From Anaerolineales bacterium (GTDB lineage: Bacteria; Chloroflexota; Anaerolineae; Anaerolineales; E44-bin32), in contig DATEAV010000111.1 of NCBI GenBank assembly GCA_035288185.1, positions 1 through 38,757 of the forward strand: a stretch of DNA of 38,757 bases, in the 5' to 3' direction. The notes under the pieces were generated by a model, which worked only from the letters and a program-made list of their open reading frames with translations, did not search any database and was not told the origin of the DNA. Below, piece after piece: positions 34,733 through 38,757 of this stretch (positions are counted from its first letter, which is position 1; each line of letters opens with the position of its first letter). The translations under genes were made by a program, and so were the position numbers.

Positions 34733-35955
34733 ACCTGCCTGCTCTTGGCGCAGACCTGTGCGTGAAGTGCAACATCTGCACGGCGGCGTGCCCGGTTGCA
34801 GCGGCGACCGATCTCTTCCTCGGGCCCAAGGCGGTGGGGCCGCAGGCGGCGCGGTTCCGCCACCCTCGTCTGCCCCTTCCCGATTCGAGCCTGACGTGGT
34901 GCTCCGGCTGTGGGACGTGCTCGCGCGTCTGCCCGCACGGCGTCGCCGTGGCCGAGATCAACATCCAGGCGAAAGCCAGGCTGGCCGAAGAAGGCAGGGT
35001 ACCTCTCAGAGATCATCTGATCTCGCGTCCCGATCTTCTCGGCAGGCTAGGCACGCGCCTGGCGCCGGCGGCCAACCTGGCGCTGCGGCTTCGCCCGGCG
35101 CGCTGGATGATCGAGAAGGTGATGGGGATCCACCGCCGCGCTCCCCTGCCGGCGTTTGCCCGCCGCACCTTTCGCCGGCGGGCGCGCGCGCGATGCGTCG
35201 ATCAGCCGCCGCCTCCGGATGAAGCCCACGCGCGCACGGTGGCCTACTTCCACGGCTGCGGGACGAACTACTACGAGCCGGCCCTCGGCGAGCTGGCGGC
35301 GCGGATTCTTGAGATGCTCGGATGCCGGGTGGTAGTCCCGCGCCAGGGTTGCTGCGGCCTGCCGCTGCAATCGAACGGCCTCTTCGAGGCGGCACGCGGT
35401 TATGCCCGCTACAACCTCAAGTGGCTCTCGCCCTTTGCCCACGCGGGGATCCCCATCGTGGGGACATCCACCTCCTGCACGCTTTCCCTTAAGCACGATT
35501 ACCGCGCCATCCTCGGATTGGACGGCGAAGCCGCCGAGGACGTCGCCGAGGGCACTTACGACATCTTCGAGTACATGACGCTGCTTCTCCCTGAGGCGCT
35601 CGACCGCCTGGAGCTTCTGCCTGTCCGCGCCAGGGCGCTCTACCACGCTCCCTGTCAGCTGCGCGCTCACGGGATCGGCACGCCGGCGCTCGAAGTGCTG
35701 CGCCGGATCCCAGGCCTACGGCTCGCGGTCTCCGAATCCGAATGCTGCGGGGTGGCCGGCACCTACGGCCTCAAGCGTGAGAAGTATGGCGTGGCTCACG
35801 CGGTCGGAGCGGGGTTGCTCGAGCAGGTGCGGTCCGCGGATCTCGATTTTGTCATCACGGACTCGGAAACCTGCCGCTGGTGGATTTCCGGGCATGCTGG
35901 GGTCCCGGCGCATCACCCCGTGGAGATCGTCGCGCGCTCACTGGAGATCATCTGA
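34729..35955 (+). CDS. glpC: Anaerobic glycerol-3-phosphate dehydrogenase subunit C (Fe-S/CCG-domain subunit)
   Basis: CVKCNICTAACP and CSGCGTCSRVCP ferredoxin motifs, plus Cys-rich CCG motifs (GCCGLP, ECCGVAG). Its ATG overlaps the glpB stop (ATGA at 34729-34732). Confidence 0.88.
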   Translation: MNLPALGADLCVKCNICTAACPVAAATDLFLGPKAVGPQAARFRHPRLPLPDSSLTWCSGCGTCSRVCPHGVAVAEINIQAKARLAEEGRVPLRDHLISRPDLLGRLGTRLAPAANLALRLRPARWMIEKVMGIHRRAPLPAFARRTFRRRARARCVDQPPPPDEAHARTVAYFHGCGTNYYEPALGELAARILEMLGCRVVVPRQGCCGLPLQSNGLFEAARGYARYNLKWLSPFAHAGIPIVGTSTSCTLSLKHDYRAILGLDGEAAEDVAEGTYDIFEYMTLLLPEALDRLELLPVRARALYHAPCQLRAHGIGTPALEVLRRIPGLRLAVSESECCGVAGTYGLKREKYGVAHAVGAGLLEQVRSADLDFVITDSETCRWWISGHAGVPAHHPVEIVARSLEII

Positions 35956-36048
35956 GACGCCATGAACGCATCCCATGCCGATCGAATCCTACGCTTCTCT
36001 GCGCCCCAATCCAGATTCACCATAGCCCCTCGCCCTCTCCCCCCTGCC

Positions 36049-36102
36049 CCCCTCTCCGCTACGCGGGCCATGTTCTGGTTGTTGGACCGAAGCGGAGAGG
36101 GG
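36049..36102 (+). other. 12-bp inverted repeat CCCCTCTCCGCT ... AGCGGAGAGGGG (30-nt loop)
   Basis: Read directly in the glpC-downstream spacer. Confidence 0.6.
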
Positions 36103-36112
36103 GTATGGAGGT

Positions 36113-36154
36113 CTAAGGAGGCAGGGGCGGCGCCGCCGCCCCCTGCCTCCTTAG
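36113..36154 (+). terminator. Strong hairpin CTAAGGAGGCAGGGG - 12 nt - CCCCTGCCTCCTTAG; likely glpABC terminator or processing structure
   Basis: 15-bp perfect stem read directly, about 160 nt after the glpC stop. No U-tract. Confidence 0.45.
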
Positions 36155-36161
36155 GAATCCT

Positions 36162-36220
36162 CCCCCTCCCCCGGCATGGGTCCCACGTTCGTTGATTCAA
36201 GCAGCCACCGGGGGAGGGGG
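36162..36220 (+). other. 13-bp inverted repeat CCCCCTCCCCCGG ... CCGGGGGAGGGGG (33-nt loop)
   Basis: Read directly. Confidence 0.6.
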
Positions 36221-36234
36221 TTAGGGGGTGGGGG
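36210..36234 (+). other. Canonical G-quadruplex motif G5-A-G5-TTA-G5-T-G5
   Basis: GGGGGAGGGGGTTAGGGGGTGGGGG read directly. A mirrored C-tract run (CCCC..CCC..CCCCCC..CCCCCC) lies at 36026-36052. Confidence 0.6.
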
Positions 36235-36322
36235 CCACAAGAGGGCTCGCTCATCACAGAAGATAATTCCGAGACCACCCGGAGAATAGCTTACGCGCTT
36301 TGAACGCTGAGTATTCCATGCG

Positions 36323-36952
36323 ATGAATCACCGCATCACCTTCCTGCGCCACGGCGTCACGACCGCCAATGTGGAGAGCGTGATCCAGGGACAACTCGAT
36401 TATCCGCTCTCCGAGGCGGGTGTGGCTCAGGCGCGGGCCCTGGCCGCGGCCTGGCGCCGGGCGGGCACCCGGTTCGACGCCATCATCTCCAGCCCGCTCG
36501 TGCGAGCCCGGCGGACGGCCGAGATCATCGCCGAGGCGCTCGGCGTCGCATTCGAAGTCGACGAGGCCTGGCAGGAGCGTCGCCTCGGCGAGGCCGAGGG
36601 GCGCCCCGGAGATGAGACCTTCGCCCTTCTTGAGCACCCTCCGACGCCCTACGAGCCCGTCTTCCGATCGGGCGAGAGCGAGTGGGACCTCTACCTGCGC
36701 GCGGCCGGCGCAGTCCAGTCGCTCGTCCGCCGCCCGCCCGGCGCTTCTCTCGTCGTTTCCCACGGCGCGATTCTCAATGCCGCGCTGAGATCCATCCTCG
36801 GGATCCCGCCGCGAGGGCGGGCCTGGCCGACGCGCTTAGTCTTCGACAACACCGGCTACGCGGTCCTCGAGTATGAGCCCGAAAGCGCCCGCTGGTCGTT
36901 GGAACGCCTCAACGAGACCTCTCACCTGCCGTCTATGGAGGCAGGCGCCTGA
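36323..36952 (+). CDS. Histidine phosphatase family protein (phosphoglycerate-mutase-like, GpmB/CobC-type)
   Basis: ITFLRHGVTTANVE (RHG motif), SSPLVRARRTAE, LVVSHGAILNA (second catalytic His). Confidence 0.85.
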   Translation: MNHRITFLRHGVTTANVESVIQGQLDYPLSEAGVAQARALAAAWRRAGTRFDAIISSPLVRARRTAEIIAEALGVAFEVDEAWQERRLGEAEGRPGDETFALLEHPPTPYEPVFRSGESEWDLYLRAAGAVQSLVRRPPGASLVVSHGAILNAALRSILGIPPRGRAWPTRLVFDNTGYAVLEYEPESARWSLERLNETSHLPSMEAGA

Positions 36953-37053
36953 CCGATCCCCTCCGCCCCACCCTGATCCTCACCGACGGCCGCATCTACC
37001 TTGCGGCGGATTCGGCCGCCCCGGTCGAGTCGCTCGCGCTGGCAGGCGGCCGC

Positions 37054-38547
37054 GTGGCGGCCGCGGGCCGGCGGGAGGAGATCGAATTGCTGGCAGGCCC
37101 TGCCACCCAGGTCATCGGTCTCGGAGGCCGCTGCGTCTACCCTGGGCTCATCGACGCCCACATGCATTTCGAGCAGTATGCTCTCAGCCTTGAGAAGGTC
37201 GATTGCGAGACGGCGACGCGGGAGGAATGTCTTCTCCGCGTGAGGGCCAGGGCGTCGCAGACGCCGGCCGGCATGTGGATCCTCGGCCACGGATGGAATC
37301 AGAACTCCTGGGATCGCTACGGCACGGCCCCGGAGCTGGATGCCGCCGCCCCGAACAATCCCGTGTACCTGACGGCCAAGTCGCTTCACGCCGGGTGGGC
37401 CAACACGGAGGCACTTCGCCGCGCTGGAATCCACGCCTCCACGGCCGATCCGCCACGGGGCATTATCGGCCGTATGCCCGCTGGGGAGCCTTCCGGCGTG
37501 GTCTTTGAGGAGGCTATGGCTCTGATCGCGGCCCAGATCGCTCACCCCACCGCGGAGCACGTGCAAGAGGCGATCGACGGGGCTCAGGCTCACCTCTGGC
37601 GACTGGGGCTGACGGGGATCCACGACTTCGACGGGCCGCGAGCATTCCGGGCGATCCAGGCTCTATGGGATCAGAGAAGGCTCGGAATCCGCGTCGTGAA
37701 GCACATCCGGCGCGAGGAGGCCGAACAAGCCCTTGGGCTCGGGCTTCAAACGGGGTTCGGGGATGAATGGCTCAGGACCGGAAACCTCAAGCTCTTCGCC
37801 GACGGAGCGCTAGGGCCTCGGACCGCGGCCATGCTGGAGGCCTATGAAGGCGAGCCCGGCAACACCGGGCTTCTCGCACGGACGGCCGAGGAATTGGCCG
37901 AGATCGGGCTGGCAGCGGCCAGGAGCGGCCTCGCCCTGGCGATTCACGCCATCGGCGACAGGGCAAACCGGGAGGCCCTCACCGCCCTGGAAAGGATCCG
38001 TAGCCAAGAGCCATCCGGCGGGCGCCTCCGCCACCGGATCGAGCACATGCAGCTTCTTCACCCCGACGACATGAGGCGCGCCGCCGCTTCAGGGGTCATC
38101 GCTTCGATGCAGCCCATTCACGCAACGTCCGACATGGCCATGGCCGAAAAGCACTGGGGCGCGCGCTGCCGGACGGCTTATGCCTGGCGAAGCCTGCTCG
38201 ATGCAGGGACCCTCATAGCCTTCGGGTCGGATGCGCCTGTGGAGCCGCCGAACCCGTTTCTCGGCCTCCACGCCGCGCTCACCCGGCAGCGAGCCGATGG
38301 CGAGCCCGGCGGCGAGGGATGGATCCCCTCCCAACGCATTTCCCTGACCGAGGCCCTCACCGCCTACACCAGAGCCCCCGCCTACGCCTGTGGGATGGAA
38401 GGAAGCCTGGGGACGTTGGAGCCGGGCCGCCTGGCGGATCTTTTCGTCCTGGATCAGGATCTTTTCAGCCTCTCCCCCGATGAGATCGCCGTCGTGCGAC
38501 CGGCGGGAACGATGGTCGGTGGCGATTGGCGCTTCCGCGAGTTCTGA
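37054..38547 (+). CDS. Metal-dependent amidohydrolase (Amidohydro_3/YtcJ-like). The true start is probably upstream of the first canonical start codon.
   Basis: PGLIDAHMHF, LAIHAIGDRAN, RIEHMQLL, FGSDAPVEP. The conserved N-terminal strand LILTDGRIYLAADSA is encoded in-frame at 36973-37017, upstream of the GTG at 37054, with no ATG/GTG/TTG back to the in-frame stop at 36874. Confidence 0.85.
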   Translation: MAAAGRREEIELLAGPATQVIGLGGRCVYPGLIDAHMHFEQYALSLEKVDCETATREECLLRVRARASQTPAGMWILGHGWNQNSWDRYGTAPELDAAAPNNPVYLTAKSLHAGWANTEALRRAGIHASTADPPRGIIGRMPAGEPSGVVFEEAMALIAAQIAHPTAEHVQEAIDGAQAHLWRLGLTGIHDFDGPRAFRAIQALWDQRRLGIRVVKHIRREEAEQALGLGLQTGFGDEWLRTGNLKLFADGALGPRTAAMLEAYEGEPGNTGLLARTAEELAEIGLAAARSGLALAIHAIGDRANREALTALERIRSQEPSGGRLRHRIEHMQLLHPDDMRRAAASGVIASMQPIHATSDMAMAEKHWGARCRTAYAWRSLLDAGTLIAFGSDAPVEPPNPFLGLHAALTRQRADGEPGGEGWIPSQRISLTEALTAYTRAPAYACGMEGSLGTLEPGRLADLFVLDQDLFSLSPDEIAVVRPAGTMVGGDWRFREF

Positions 38548-38646
38548 CGCGGCGGGGCCGGTATGCAAGACTTCCGATTGCCACCGGCTAGTGCCTCGAT
38601 ATGGGGTGGGTTTCCACACCGCGAGCGCGATCGCTTCGGCCGCGGC

Positions 38647-38757
38647 TTACCCCTTTTCACCGCCCTCCGTTGCCGCCCGAACGAGCTTGCGGAAATCCCC
38701 TTCGCGAACCGTCACACCCGTGGCATCCAGATGCTCCATCAAGGCCAACGCGAATTT
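38647..38757 (-). CDS. C-terminal end of an unidentified protein (partial; the start lies outside the window)
   Basis: My reverse-strand translation is open from the window edge to TAA (complement of 38647-38649): KFALALMEHLDATGVTVREGDFRKLVRAATEGGEKG. Only 36 codons and moderate GC3, so weakly supported. Confidence 0.3.
   Translation of the reverse strand, partial: KFALALMEHLDATGVTVREGDFRKLVRAATEGGEKG

Noticed and set aside
32172-35670. Long minus-strand ORFs within glpABC (32172..33161, 33839..34705, 35047..35670)
   Set aside because: They are antisense shadows of glpA, glpB and glpC, whose identities are secure from FAD-binding and Fe-S motifs and from ATGA translational coupling.
36922-37623. 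233-aa minus-strand ORF overlapping the amidohydrolase start region
   Set aside because: It is antisense to the amidohydrolase (PGLIDAHMHF and related motifs are on the plus strand). It has Arg/Gly-rich composition and no motifs.

Overview
This is a 38.8-kb, high-GC bacterial chromosomal segment, densely coding on both strands. The gene content, the strong AAGGAGG-type Shine-Dalgarno (SD) sites and the style of small intergenic repeats suggest a Chloroflexota-like organism, but that is inference only. All domain calls are by eye from motifs; no searches were run.

Genes in order:
- A partial secreted GH-A/GH5-like glycosidase with a CBM-like tail (missed by the ORF track because it runs off the window edge), then a second TIM-barrel glycosidase-like gene.
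- A three-gene signalling operon: a 144-aa unknown, a cytoplasmic 5xGAF histidine kinase (HK), and a REC-HD-GYP response regulator (RR).
- A compact trans-translation locus: an S41 tail-specific protease, smpB, an unknown 261-aa ORF, and tmRNA.
- A divergent pair: an FHA-wHTH regulator and a tail-anchored Hanks Ser/Thr kinase.
- A large membrane-anchored GH3 enzyme, an orphan CoA-transferase beta subunit, a PLP threonine/serine dehydratase and a glycerophosphodiester phosphodiesterase.
- An orphan AAA+ ATPase, a GT2 glycosyltransferase and recJ.
- Three small membrane proteins, then fmt and glpK.
- A translationally coupled operon: LprG-like lipoprotein, 14-TMS-type MFS transporter, and a membrane-anchored unknown.
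- A 1.1-kb gene-free region packed with palindromic elements and a 12x heptamer array, followed by glpABC.
- A hairpin- and G-tract-rich spacer, a histidine phosphatase, an amidohydrolase with no canonical start for its conserved N-terminus, and a partial ORF at the right edge.

I recognised no transposase, integrase, CRISPR array, tRNA or rRNA gene. I see no clear-cut novel multi-gene system such as a defence island. The best candidates for follow-up are:
- the unknown gene embedded between smpB and ssrA;
- the LprG-MFS-unknown tricistron;
- the FHA-wHTH/kinase pair;
- the repeat nest upstream of glpABC.

Many long ORFs in the track are antisense shadows typical of high-GC DNA and were discarded.
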